From assembly GCA_964354795.1 (NCBI GenBank), contig CAYHBB010000037.1, positions 46,197 to 110,196 of the forward strand: DNA of 64,000 nt, given 5' to 3'. The translations under genes were made by a program, and so were the position numbers. Shown here piece after piece: positions 48,756 through 58,037 of the stretch; within the stretch, counting starts at the first letter, position 1, and each line of letters starts with the position of its first letter. The notes under the pieces are model-generated. The model saw nothing but the letters and a program-made list of their open reading frames with translations. It had not been told where the DNA came from and searched no databases. This DNA comes from an uncultured Planctomycetales bacterium. GTDB taxonomy: Bacteria > Omnitrophota > Gorgyraeia > Gygaellales > Profunditerraquicolaceae.

Positions 48756-48784
48756 ATTATACTGCGGTTTTCAAGCAGATTCAA
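48756..48784 (-). promoter_or_regulatory. Sigma70 promoter of the Rhs module
   Basis: TTGAAT (48784-48779), 17 nt, TATAAT (48761-48756). Confidence 0.7.
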
Positions 48785-48790
48785 CAAGAA

Positions 48791-48813
48791 AAATAGAACC
48801 GTCCCCTTTATTT
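48791..48813. repeat. REP-like palindrome half-site, copy C
   Basis: TAGAACCGTCCCCTTTATTT (48794-48813) is the exact reverse complement of 40531-40550 and 41184-41203. Confidence 0.8.
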
Positions 48814-48814
48814 G

Positions 48815-49255
48815 CTAATCAGGATTTGTTTTGGGAGTGAATTTCTTTACAGCCTTTGGGGTAAATTCTTCGGCCGCGGAAGAGTCGCCGAAGTTCTCAG
48901 AAGTATCGCCAATATTTTCCTGCGGCTTATCGAAACTTCCCATTGAATCCCCCATTCTTGCGGAAGGAATATCGAAATTACCGCTTGAGAAACCCATATT
49001 CCCAGAAGAAGAGCTAAAGTCAGTGCTTGATTCGCCAAATTTCCCCGAAGGTTTTCGTTTAGCCGTGGGTGCTTCTAAATTATCCGAAGGACTATCAAAG
49101 TTACCGCTGGAATTTCCGGTGTCTTCAGAAGGATAATCGAAATTACCTTCTGATTCCTCCGGCTTGCTAGAAACTACCGTGGCATTTTCATATTGACCTA
49201 CGCAAGTAGATAAAGCCATAAGTATAAAAACTACCACTAAAGCTATTTTTTTCAT
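48815..49255 (-). CDS. Secreted Ser/Gly/Asp-rich heptapeptide-repeat protein
   Basis: Signal peptide, then units such as GNFDYPS, GNFDSPS, GKFGESS, GNMGFSS, GNFDIPS, GSFDKPQ and ENFGDSS; SD upstream. Confidence 0.7.
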   Translation of the reverse strand: MKKIALVVVFILMALSTCVGQYENATVVSSKPEESEGNFDYPSEDTGNSSGNFDSPSDNLEAPTAKRKPSGKFGESSTDFSSSSGNMGFSSGNFDIPSARMGDSMGSFDKPQENIGDTSENFGDSSAAEEFTPKAVKKFTPKTNPD

Positions 49256-49264
49256 AACTTCCCC

Positions 49265-50203
49265 CTATTCAAATTTATTCCCCACCTTAAGCCGGTGCCC
49301 GGCGATAAACTCAGCGGCCTTCATGATGCGCTTTCCCCCGGGCTGCATCTCCTTAATGATCAGCTCACCCTTTCCGGTTGCCACAATTATACCATCCTTG
49401 GAGACTTCTACTATCTCACCTGGCTTTCCCGTGCCCTGATACCCGGATAAAGTGATATCCTCTGCCCCATAGATTTTAAGAAATGTGCCTCTAATATAAG
49501 TGAACGCGCCAGGCCAGCCAAGGCAGCCGCGGATCAAACAGTGGATCTCCTGAGCAGATTTTTCCCAGTTGATGTGCCCCACCTGCTTTTCAATCTTTGG
49601 GGCAGAGGTGACCTTGGCTTCATCCTGAGGAGTTAAAGTAAACTTTTTATGCTCGATAGCGTCAATGGCTCTGATCAAAAGGCTTGCCGCAAGCATAGAA
49701 AGTTTTCCTTCCATACTTACCACAGTATCGGATTCCCGTATATCCATAGCTTCCTGCAGGATAATCGCTCCGGCATCCATTAACTCATTTACCTGCATGA
49801 TAGTGATGCCGGTCTTTTTCTTTCCCCTTATTATCGCCCAATTAATGGGAGCCGCTCCCCGGAATTCAGGCAAAAGCGAAGCATGGGCATTGATTGGCAT
49901 TATCGACGGAATACTCAAGATCTCTGGGGAAAGAATATGGCCGTAAGCGACAATGACGAATATGTCCGGCTTAAGCTCTTTTAAGAGCTTAGCCGCTTCG
50001 GCAGTATTGATCTTTGCCGGCTGATAAACTTGAAGCCCGACCTCTGAAGCCAGCATCTTGACAGGCGTACCTTCAACATGCAGGCCCCTGCCCTTTTTTC
50101 TGTCCGGTTGAGTGACCACGCCGGTAATCTTATGCTTGCTGATCAATAACGCCTGCAGGCAGGGCACCGCGAATTGTGAACTTCCAAAGAATACGATATT
50201 CAT
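49265..50203 (-). CDS. fmt: Methionyl-tRNA formyltransferase
   Basis: VVTQPDR, VAYG, NAHASLLPEFRGAAPI, MDAG and WPGA. Confidence 0.95.
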   Translation of the reverse strand: MNIVFFGSSQFAVPCLQALLISKHKITGVVTQPDRKKGRGLHVEGTPVKMLASEVGLQVYQPAKINTAEAAKLLKELKPDIFVIVAYGHILSPEILSIPSIMPINAHASLLPEFRGAAPINWAIIRGKKKTGITIMQVNELMDAGAIILQEAMDIRESDTVVSMEGKLSMLAASLLIRAIDAIEHKKFTLTPQDEAKVTSAPKIEKQVGHINWEKSAQEIHCLIRGCLGWPGAFTYIRGTFLKIYGAEDITLSGYQGTGKPGEIVEVSKDGIIVATGKGELIIKEMQPGGKRIMKAAEFIAGHRLKVGNKFE

Positions 50204-50206
50204 GAT

Positions 50207-51691
50207 TTAGATTGGGTCAACATCTACGGTAATTATTATACCTGAATGTTTGAAATTCTTTAAGCGTAATTTAAGAAACTTTGTGGCCTTGACCGGATCA
50301 TCAGCGCTCAAGAGGATCTGCCAGCAGTAATTACCCCGCAATTTAGCCGGCTGAGCAGGCGTGACTGAAACCACTTTTATACCCTTAGATTGCTTACCGG
50401 CGCTTAATTTATCAAACAAAGCTTTTGCCGATTCCGTGGCTTTCCCTTCTTTGCGCGAACGCACTTTCACCAAAATAAAATGCTTAAAAGGCGGGAACTT
50501 TAGCTCATTTCTCTGCTTTAATTCCTCATCATAAAACGAAGTAATGTCTTTTTTATACAATGCCTGAAAACAGCTGTAAAGCGGAGAAGTAGTCTGAATG
50601 ACAAATTTCTTATTGGTTATACTTAAAAGCCCGGCCATGATGGCAAAGGTCTTTTCCGTCGAGCGCAGGTCAATGCGGTTTAAGGAATTATCTATCGCCA
50701 GGATCCCGGTCAGGTCAAAACGCAACCCCTCCTGTTTAAACACCGCACTAGTCGCCACAAAGATATCCGCTTCATTTAAATCTACTTTACTGTGGCTTTC
50801 GATATCTTTGATGCGCGCCTGAGGAAACAGCCGCGATAGCTCGCTTTCAATCTTCTCCGTCCCGGTACCGAAAAACTTAATATATCCGGCATTACATTCC
50901 GGGCACATCTTGGGCAGTTCCATTTTGAAGCTGCAATAATGACAAATAAGCTGGTTTTCCTTAAAGTGATACACCAGGTGGACGTTGCAGCGCGGACAGC
51001 GCATCACCTTGCCACACTTGTGACAGGCGGAATAAGTAGCAAAACCCTTGCGGTTTAAAAAAAATAGGACCTTTTCTTTCGCGTTAAGGCTGGAAAACAC
51101 CGTATCCATAAGGTATTTAGAGAAAAACGGCTTCTTGCCTTTAGAGAAGCTTCCCTCAAACTTCATATCAATGACTTTGATTTCAGGAAACTCTCTTGCG
51201 CGTGGGATCTGCTTAAGGATAAGCTTCCCGGACTCAGCTAAATTAATACTCTCAAGTGTCGGAGAAACACTCCCTAAAATCAAATCAGCATTCTCCAACT
51301 CACAACGGATTAACGCGATCTTACGGACATGATAATGCGGCACCTGATCCTGCTTATAGACAGAATTTTCTTCCTCCTCGATTATGATCAAGCCTAAGTC
51401 TTTAAGCGGAGTAAAAATAGCGGAGCGGGTCCCGATAACAATGCTCACCTCTCCGGCCCTAGCCTTTTGCCACTGCGCGAGCTCATCAGGAGATTTTCGA
51501 TAAATCAAGCCTATAGGAGCATTGATCTTCTCGGCTATCCTGTCCTTGACCCGCGACACAGAATCAACATCAGGCAAAATAATGATCACTGACTTCTTAA
51601 GCGCCAAAACTTCCTTGATCCGCTCAATATACACATCCCAGCGAAGCTGTCCGTCAAGATCATGGATCAAAAGCGCTTTAGTCTCAGGCAA
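50207..51691 (-). CDS. priA: Primosomal protein N' (PriA), C-terminal part with degenerate helicase motifs and intact Zn-binding Cys cluster
   Basis: IVIGTRSAIF, YKQDQVPHYH, FFLNRKGFA, CHKC/CPRC/CHYC/CPEC, GTEK, FPPF and VDVDP; the Walker A motif is absent. Confidence 0.85.
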   Translation of the reverse strand: MPETKALLIHDLDGQLRWDVYIERIKEVLALKKSVIIILPDVDSVSRVKDRIAEKINAPIGLIYRKSPDELAQWQKARAGEVSIVIGTRSAIFTPLKDLGLIIIEEEENSVYKQDQVPHYHVRKIALIRCELENADLILGSVSPTLESINLAESGKLILKQIPRAREFPEIKVIDMKFEGSFSKGKKPFFSKYLMDTVFSSLNAKEKVLFFLNRKGFATYSACHKCGKVMRCPRCNVHLVYHFKENQLICHYCSFKMELPKMCPECNAGYIKFFGTGTEKIESELSRLFPQARIKDIESHSKVDLNEADIFVATSAVFKQEGLRFDLTGILAIDNSLNRIDLRSTEKTFAIMAGLLSITNKKFVIQTTSPLYSCFQALYKKDITSFYDEELKQRNELKFPPFKHFILVKVRSRKEGKATESAKALFDKLSAGKQSKGIKVVSVTPAQPAKLRGNYCWQILLSADDPVKATKFLKLRLKNFKHSGIIITVDVDPI

Positions 51692-52016
51692 TCTTTTTCC
51701 CCCGCCTTAAGGCCTCAGGCAATGCCGTCTCTATTGCCTCCCCCCAGGAACAACAGTAATACTCAGAAAGCCTGCGGGAAAGCTTAAGCATATTAGCATC
51801 CAAAACAGGGCATTCATCGATCAACTCAATGATTCGTTTTAGTTTTTGGATCTTTGATTTCTTGGCGAGCTCTACTACGTAGGCGAGTGTCTTTTTGGGG
51901 CCAAACTGCACCCAGACTCTTGAGCCGGGCAAGATCTTCTTCTCGATTTCCCGGGGAACGATATAATCAAAAGGGCCATCGACTTTAAGCCCTACCACAA
52001 CTCTGGCAAACAGCAT
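51684..52016 (-). CDS. priA: PriA N-terminal 3'-DNA-binding domain (separate ORF or frameshifted 5' part)
   Basis: FDYIVP...GSRVWVQFG...LKRIIELID...SEYYCCSWGEAI..ALP; it ends overlapping the next ORF, which is in the +1 frame. Confidence 0.8.
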   Translation of the reverse strand: MLFARVVVGLKVDGPFDYIVPREIEKKILPGSRVWVQFGPKKTLAYVVELAKKSKIQKLKRIIELIDECPVLDANMLKLSRRLSEYYCCSWGEAIETALPEALRRGKKIA

Positions 52017-53094
52017 CACAGATCTCCTCGGCTGAATTCGGCTTTCTTACTTTGCGGATGCGCTCTTTGACGGCCAGCAATTCATCGGGATTATCGCGGT
52101 ACTCGATGACTTTCTTTCTTATATCATCAATATCATTGATCTCTTTGCCCACACCGGCGCTTTTCATGGCCTCGACATTCCAATGTTCCTGCCCGGGTAT
52201 AGCTGAAATAAATATGGGAGCCAGCCCCATCACCAGTATTTCAGAAGTGCTTAAGCCCCCGGGCTTAGTGACGATCACGTCCGATACCGCCATCAGATCA
52301 TCGGCGTTACTGACGAATCCGAATATTTTCGCTCGCGGCAGATTCGCTTTTGTAAGCTTTTCACGCAACTTCGCATTACTTGCCGTGACTACCAAGACCT
52401 GCGCCTCTTTACACAACGCCTTTACAATCTCTTCTATCGGCCCGATACCGAATGAGCCGGTCATCACCAGAACAGTAAAAGCATCCTTATCAATGCCAAG
52501 GTCGCGGCACAAAGTGTCACGGTCATGTATCTTTAAGAACTTAGGGTCAACCGGAATACCGCAGACTCTGATCCTCTTATCTTCGACACCCAGCTTGATC
52601 AGCTGCTTCCTGGTGAATTCCGAAGCTCCGATATAAAGATCCGTGCCTTGCGAAACCCAAAACGGGTGCACCCCGAAATCAGTGACCACAGTGACCAGCT
52701 TGGCCTTGATCTTACCTTGCCTGTTCAGATGAGCCGCTATCTCGGGTGGCGCAAAATGCGTAGAGATGATCACATCGGGATCCTCTTCGACTAGATAGCG
52801 GGAAAATGGATGAGTATTTAAATAATGCGATGCTGTAGAGAGCTTTCTGACTATCACTTTTAAAAGCCCTTTCTCGGAGATGGAAAACAGCCAGCCCCAG
52901 AGAAAAAACGCATGCCTGACCATAAAAGTGTAAAACGAAATGTAGCTATATTTAAATAGGCCGTCGGCTTTATCAAGCAAATCGACCAGCTTGACATCTA
53001 TCGACGGATATTTTTCATTAAAACAATTAAACAACGCTTGCGCTGCCTTAAAGTGCCCAGCGCCTGCTGAAGCATAGGCTATGATTATTTTCAT
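51985..53094 (-). CDS. MGDG synthase/UgtP-like glycosyltransferase (GT28)
   Basis: ASAGAGH, VIISTHF, VVTDFGVH, GIPV, TKPGGLSTSE and IPGQE. Confidence 0.88.
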   Translation of the reverse strand: MKIIIAYASAGAGHFKAAQALFNCFNEKYPSIDVKLVDLLDKADGLFKYSYISFYTFMVRHAFFLWGWLFSISEKGLLKVIVRKLSTASHYLNTHPFSRYLVEEDPDVIISTHFAPPEIAAHLNRQGKIKAKLVTVVTDFGVHPFWVSQGTDLYIGASEFTRKQLIKLGVEDKRIRVCGIPVDPKFLKIHDRDTLCRDLGIDKDAFTVLVMTGSFGIGPIEEIVKALCKEAQVLVVTASNAKLREKLTKANLPRAKIFGFVSNADDLMAVSDVIVTKPGGLSTSEILVMGLAPIFISAIPGQEHWNVEAMKSAGVGKEINDIDDIRKKVIEYRDNPDELLAVKERIRKVRKPNSAEEICDAVCQSCGRA

Positions 53095-53639
53095 TTTCTT
53101 TTGGTGATAAATTGCGCGGCTTCCAGAAGGTCTTTAAAAACAAAATCCGGCCGGCGCTCCCAGTTTTTCTTATTACACAGCTTTTGTTTCCCTGAAAGGA
53201 CCAGTATTGACTTGCATCCTGCGTCCTGAGCGGTCATCACATCGCGAATAGCGTCACCGATAAAAAATGATTTCCTTAGATCTATCGCGGCATACTTTTC
53301 TTTTACCCGCTTGATCAGGCCTGCCCGGGGCTTTCTGCAGGCGCAATTCTCATCCGAGCGATGAGTGCAATAGTTCACTTCCAAAATATCGCCTCCCGCA
53401 TTACGCACCTCCATAAGCATGCGAGCAGTAATAAGGCCAAGGGTCCTGCGGGAATATAGCTTTTTGCCCACTCCCGCCTGATTGGAGATAACAAATAAAG
53501 CAAAACCCCTGCGGGTAAGTAAGGCAATAGCCTTCTTTGCGTTGGGAAGAAATCGAAAATCTTTTAAAGAAGTGACATACCGGGAGTCTCCGGGATATTT
53601 ATTGATCACACCATCGCGGTCAAGGAATACGGCTTTCAT
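53091..53639 (-). CDS. gmhB: D-glycero-D-manno-heptose 1,7-bisphosphate phosphatase (HAD-IIIA)
   Basis: FLDRDGVIN, SNQAG, CTH....CACRKP and IGD. The start was placed at ATG 53639 behind an AGGAG SD. Confidence 0.88.
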   Translation of the reverse strand: MKAVFLDRDGVINKYPGDSRYVTSLKDFRFLPNAKKAIALLTRRGFALFVISNQAGVGKKLYSRRTLGLITARMLMEVRNAGGDILEVNYCTHRSDENCACRKPRAGLIKRVKEKYAAIDLRKSFFIGDAIRDVMTAQDAGCKSILVLSGKQKLCNKKNWERRPDFVFKDLLEAAQFITKRK

Positions 53640-53643
53640 TTTT

Positions 53644-53693
53644 CTCCTTTGCGCAGAAAGCGCAACACCGGCCATTCCATTAAGGCCGGGTGT
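53644..53693 (-). repeat. Two-hairpin element abutting the gmhB SD (copy 2 of 2)
   Basis: Matches 38331-38379 and contains the TAA stop of the upstream GT2 gene. Confidence 0.75.
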
Positions 53694-54453
53694 GCTTATT
53701 TAAGATTATTTCCCGGTATTTAAGGTAACTGACCCATTGATAAAGACCGGCGTTAAACGCGATGACAAAACCGATGAAACCGTCTTTATATCCATGCCTA
53801 CCGAAATAGGCGCGCATAAATCGATCGTAAGTGCGCCAGAGAAACCTACCCTTGGTCATGGGCTTACCGGCATTATACCACTTCTGGGCTTCCCAGGTGG
53901 TCTGCCGGTTGAGTTTGGCAAGAAAATCCTCGATACTGCGATAAGAATAATGTATTAGATCCGACTTTAAGTGGCCGCAGGGATCGTCCATAAAAGCGCG
54001 CGGATGCACTGCAACCTCTTCATAGCGGAATTTATCTTTGCGAAAAAACTTTAACTGAGGGCTAGGATACCAACCGCCGTGTTTCACCCAGTAATCACCG
54101 ATATAATTCCTGCGCGGGATAGTAAAACCGTTCTCTTTTGGGTCAGTCTTTAAAACCCTGCTGATTTCCTCTCTTAACTCCGGGGTCATGATCTCATCAG
54201 CATCCAAAGAAAACACCCAGGCGTTGCGCGCCTGCGCATAGGCCCAGTTCCTGTGCCTTCCCTCTACATCCATCTTGCGCACAAAAATCCGGTCAGTGTA
54301 ATCCTTGACGATTTTAACCGTGTCATCCGTGCTTTCGTCGTCGATGACTATGATCTCATCTGCCCAACCTTTAACAGAATCAAGGCACTTAGTGATCCTA
54401 CCGGACTCGTTTTTAGCCAGCACTACAACGCTTAATGCAGCTTTTTCTGACAT
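53680..54453 (-). CDS. LPS core GT2 glycosyltransferase (WaaE/KdtX-like)
   Basis: LAKNE, DDESTD, SLDADE, GGWYP and YKDGFIG. Confidence 0.85.
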   Translation of the reverse strand: MSEKAALSVVVLAKNESGRITKCLDSVKGWADEIIVIDDESTDDTVKIVKDYTDRIFVRKMDVEGRHRNWAYAQARNAWVFSLDADEIMTPELREEISRVLKTDPKENGFTIPRRNYIGDYWVKHGGWYPSPQLKFFRKDKFRYEEVAVHPRAFMDDPCGHLKSDLIHYSYRSIEDFLAKLNRQTTWEAQKWYNAGKPMTKGRFLWRTYDRFMRAYFGRHGYKDGFIGFVIAFNAGLYQWVSYLKYREIILNKHTRP

Positions 54454-54470
54454 TCTCTTTTTACCCTATT

Positions 54471-55586
54471 TTAAACAACCGCCTCTTTGATCAGCTTCAC
54501 CACAAACTTTATATCTTTTTCTTTCATATAAGGATACATCGGCAAAGAGATGATCTCCTGCGCCACCTTCTCCGATACGGGAAAATCCCCCTTCTTATAC
54601 TTTAATTCCGCGTAGGCCTTTTGCAGATGTATCGGTATTGGATAGTGTATGACCACTCCCACCGCGTTAGCCTTTAGATGATTAAACACCTTTTCGCGCA
54701 TGGTAGAACGTATTGCATACACATGATAAACGTGGGTCAGGGAATCTTTGGCAAAAGGAGTGACAACACCCTCTACTCCCTTAAGAAGCTTATTGTAAAT
54801 GGCTGCGGCTTTACGGCGTGACTCATTCCAGGAATCAAGTTTCTTGAGTTTGATCCTAAGAATAGCCGCCTGCAATGTATCCAGACGGGAATTATAGCCG
54901 ATCATAGCATGCTCATATTTCGAGACCCGGCCATAATCACGCAGCATCAGGAATTTCTTATAGGTCGCCTCATCATTAGTAATGATCATGCCGCCGTCAC
55001 CCAAAGCGCCAAGGTTCTTTGAAGGATAAAAACTGAAACACCCGATATCGCCCATGCTGCCGGTCACATGCCAATTCCCGTCAAACATCTTAATAGTCGC
55101 TCCGTGCGCCTGAGCGCAATCCTCAATGACTTTAAGATCATGTTTCTTAGCGATCCTTAAAATCTCCGGCATATTCGCCGGTTGTCCATAAAGATGCACC
55201 GGGATTATAGCTTTTGTATTCTTGGTGATAGCGCTCTCGATCTTTTTGGCATCAATATTATAGGTATCCTCCTCGATATCCACGAATACAGGCTTTGCCT
55301 TGGTGTAGGAAACCGCTAAAGCAGTCGCGATATAGGTAAATGCCGGAACGATTACTTCATCGCCCGGGCCTATGCCCAGACTCTCACAAGCAAGGAATAA
55401 TGCCGAGGTGCCGGAACTCACCCCTACGGCATATTTAGCGTGGCAAAATTGCGCGAATTCCTTCTCAAACTCCTGGACATCTTCGCCAAGGATATAATCG
55501 TTTCTCTTGATGACCTTGCTCATGGCCAGATGCATCTCTTTCCACATTTTTCTGTGCTGCAGACTTAAGTCTGAAAAGTGTATCAT
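54471..55586 (-). CDS. DegT/DnrJ/EryC1/StrS aminotransferase
   Basis: SSGTSAL, EDCAQAHGA, FSFYPSKNLGALGDGG and GYNSRLD. The start at ATG 55586 overlaps the upstream TGA. Confidence 0.9.
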   Translation of the reverse strand: MIHFSDLSLQHRKMWKEMHLAMSKVIKRNDYILGEDVQEFEKEFAQFCHAKYAVGVSSGTSALFLACESLGIGPGDEVIVPAFTYIATALAVSYTKAKPVFVDIEEDTYNIDAKKIESAITKNTKAIIPVHLYGQPANMPEILRIAKKHDLKVIEDCAQAHGATIKMFDGNWHVTGSMGDIGCFSFYPSKNLGALGDGGMIITNDEATYKKFLMLRDYGRVSKYEHAMIGYNSRLDTLQAAILRIKLKKLDSWNESRRKAAAIYNKLLKGVEGVVTPFAKDSLTHVYHVYAIRSTMREKVFNHLKANAVGVVIHYPIPIHLQKAYAELKYKKGDFPVSEKVAQEIISLPMYPYMKEKDIKFVVKLIKEAVV

Positions 55587-56677
55587 GCCAACAACCCCCT
55601 TATTGATTGATAAACATCCTCGATGGAAACCGCGGTTATACAAACTTTATCTCTTTTGCACTCCGATAATCTGAACTTTTTATAACAAGGACGGCACTGG
55701 ATCTCGTGCGTTACCACAACATGCTTTTTGTCTTCAGGATAGGGCCCGTAGACCTTCTCATCAACTGGGCCAAAGATAGAAACTGTCTTTGTCCCAAGAG
55801 CCACAGCCATGTGCAGCGGGCCTCCGTCATTAGAAATCAAAAGCTTTAGCCTGCTGATAACAGCGGCAAGTTCAACAAGTGAAGTCTTACCCACCAGATC
55901 CACGGGCTTATTGCGCATAAAGCCGCTGATGGTATCGGCAATGGGCTTTTCCGACTCGTCACCTAAAAGAACGATCTTTGCCTTGAAATTATCCGCAATC
56001 TTATCGGCAATACGGGCAAACTTCACCGGCGGCCAGCGCTTAAATTCTGCGTCTTTGCCCCAGCTAGCCCCTGCCCCGGGAGCGACACCAATGACCAAAT
56101 CACTATCCCCGATCCCGTAAGTAGCCAGCAGCTTGCCGGCTTCCTTAGAATCCTCATCCGGAACAAATAATTCAAGGCCCTGAACCTTGGGTTGGATATC
56201 AATAAATTTCAAAAGATCAAGATAATGCTCAACTACATGCTTTCCGCTATAACCTTCTAAATCCAGCTTATCCGTAAGATACCTGCCACGATTCTTGTAA
56301 TTAAAACCTATGCGCCGCTTTATCCCGATGCGCCGGGAAACATGGCTATAATGATCGTCAAGGGAGAAATCCAAGGCGATATCAAACTTTTCTTTTCTAA
56401 TCCGGCGGGCAATGCCTATGGAAGCAGCTAGCCCCTTGAACATGGACTGTCGGTAGATCTTTTTTATATCCCCTCGCGATAAAGCGAATATCTGGTCAAT
56501 ATAAGGATGGTTTTTCAGTATCGCCGCCACCCGCTCGTTACACCAGTAACCTATATAGATACCGGGATCAGACTCCTTGAGCAGACGCAAAACCGGAGTG
56601 GTAAAAAGAACGTCGCCTATTCCGAATGGATTGATAAAAAGAACACGCTTAGACTCACCTCTTGAAATCATCATCAA
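55583..56677 (-). CDS. GT9 LPS heptosyltransferase (WaaF-like)
   Basis: GIGDVLFTTP, PGAG...KRWP and SNDGGPLHMAVALGTKTVSIFGP. The exact start is uncertain. Confidence 0.88.
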   Translation of the reverse strand: MMMISRGESKRVLFINPFGIGDVLFTTPVLRLLKESDPGIYIGYWCNERVAAILKNHPYIDQIFALSRGDIKKIYRQSMFKGLAASIGIARRIRKEKFDIALDFSLDDHYSHVSRRIGIKRRIGFNYKNRGRYLTDKLDLEGYSGKHVVEHYLDLLKFIDIQPKVQGLELFVPDEDSKEAGKLLATYGIGDSDLVIGVAPGAGASWGKDAEFKRWPPVKFARIADKIADNFKAKIVLLGDESEKPIADTISGFMRNKPVDLVGKTSLVELAAVISRLKLLISNDGGPLHMAVALGTKTVSIFGPVDEKVYGPYPEDKKHVVVTHEIQCRPCYKKFRLSECKRDKVCITAVSIEDVYQSIRGLLA

Positions 56678-58037
56678 ATCTTTCTATATCGTCTTCTTCC
56701 ACGTAACTGCCGGTCTGCACCTCGACTATTTTTAAAGGGATATTCTTAGGGTTCTCCAGCCGGTGCTTTTTCCCCATGGGCACATAAATACTGTTATTGC
56801 TGGAAACCAACATCTGTTTAGAGCCGATTGTGACTTTGGCGCAGCCTGAAACCACCACCCAATGTTCGGCGCGCTTAACGTGTCTCTGGAGACTAAGGCG
56901 TTTTTTCGGGCTGATCTCGATCAACTTGATCTTAAACCCATCTGAGCTTTGCAGCACTGTAAATGACCCCCATGGCCTTTTCTCGGTCATATGAGTGATA
57001 TGCTCTTTTCTCTTACTTGACTTAAGGATATCCACAACCTTTTTTACATCTTGGGACTTATGCTTATCACAAACAAGCAGGGCATCCGGAGTATCTACAA
57101 TGATCATATCCTTAACGCCGACAAGCGAAATAAGCCTACCTCCCCGACTGAAGACACTCACTCCCCTACTATCCACCCCCAGGCAATCCGCCTGAATGAC
57201 ATTACCAGATTTGTCTTTAGGCAAAAGCGCGTTCATTGCATCCCAGCTCCCCAAGTCAGTCCAGTAGAAAGACGCCGGAATCAGAGCTATTTTATTTGAG
57301 TGCTCCATAATCCCGTAATCTACGGAGATAGGATCGATTTTTGACCAGACTTTTTCAATATCATCAACGGTGCGGATCATGCCAAGAAACGTATGCAACT
57401 TAGGCAGGTATTTACGTGTTTCATCAAGGAAAGTAGCAGCTTTCCAGACAAACATCCCGCTATTCCAGTAAAAACGCTTATCTTTAAAATATGCTTTTGC
57501 CTTCGGCAGATCCGGTTTCTCAAGGAACCTTTCAACCGCAAAATACCCGTTTTTCTTTAGGCCGGTTCTAATATACCCGTACCCAGTGGATGGATCTTGC
57601 GGTTTTATCCCTAAAGTAACCAGTAATCCACGGTTAGCTAACCCTATAGCTCTCTTTAAGCATTCCCTGAATTTATTGATATTTTTGATAAAGTGGTCGG
57701 AGGGTAAAACTATGAGGGTCGCCTCTTTATCGCGCCTGCTGATCAACTGCGCGCACAATCCGATTGCAGGAGCAGTATTTTTTCCCTGCGGCTCCAGAAT
57801 AATATTGGCCTCAGGAATACGGAATGCCACAACCTGATGCTTGACCTCATAGAGATACTTAAAATTAGTTACTATGAAGATATTCTTAGGCGCAACTACC
57901 TCATCGATACGCTTTATGGTATCCTGCAAAAGACTTTTATCGCCGATGATCTGCATGAACTGCTTAGGCTCAAGCTCCCGGCTAAACGGCCAAAAACGCG
58001 TCCCTGTGCCGCCGGCTAAAATCACTGCGTAATTCAC
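56655..58037 (-). CDS. manC: Mannose-1-phosphate guanylyltransferase / mannose-6-phosphate isomerase
   Basis: LAGGTGTRFWP, EPQGKNTAPA, PSDH, FLEKP, WNSG, WTDLGSW and the cupin motif RPWG...LSLQRH..RAEHW. Confidence 0.93.
   Translation of the reverse strand: MNYAVILAGGTGTRFWPFSRELEPKQFMQIIGDKSLLQDTIKRIDEVVAPKNIFIVTNFKYLYEVKHQVVAFRIPEANIILEPQGKNTAPAIGLCAQLISRRDKEATLIVLPSDHFIKNINKFRECLKRAIGLANRGLLVTLGIKPQDPSTGYGYIRTGLKKNGYFAVERFLEKPDLPKAKAYFKDKRFYWNSGMFVWKAATFLDETRKYLPKLHTFLGMIRTVDDIEKVWSKIDPISVDYGIMEHSNKIALIPASFYWTDLGSWDAMNALLPKDKSGNVIQADCLGVDSRGVSVFSRGGRLISLVGVKDMIIVDTPDALLVCDKHKSQDVKKVVDILKSSKRKEHITHMTEKRPWGSFTVLQSSDGFKIKLIEISPKKRLSLQRHVKRAEHWVVVSGCAKVTIGSKQMLVSSNNSIYVPMGKKHRLENPKNIPLKIVEVQTGSYVEEDDIERFDDDFKR

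Noticed and set aside
40530-48813. Palindromic repeats as a CRISPR array or integron attC sites
   Set aside because: Only three irregularly spaced copies with no spacers and no cas genes. An ATCTAAC (RYYYAAC) at 41164 has no matching GTTRRRY, and no integrase is present.
52052-52636. 194-aa plus-strand ORF, and similar ones at 37379-37738, 37988-38416, 58080-58463 and 60888-61331
   Set aside because: Each lies antisense to a well-supported gene and has no recognisable motifs.
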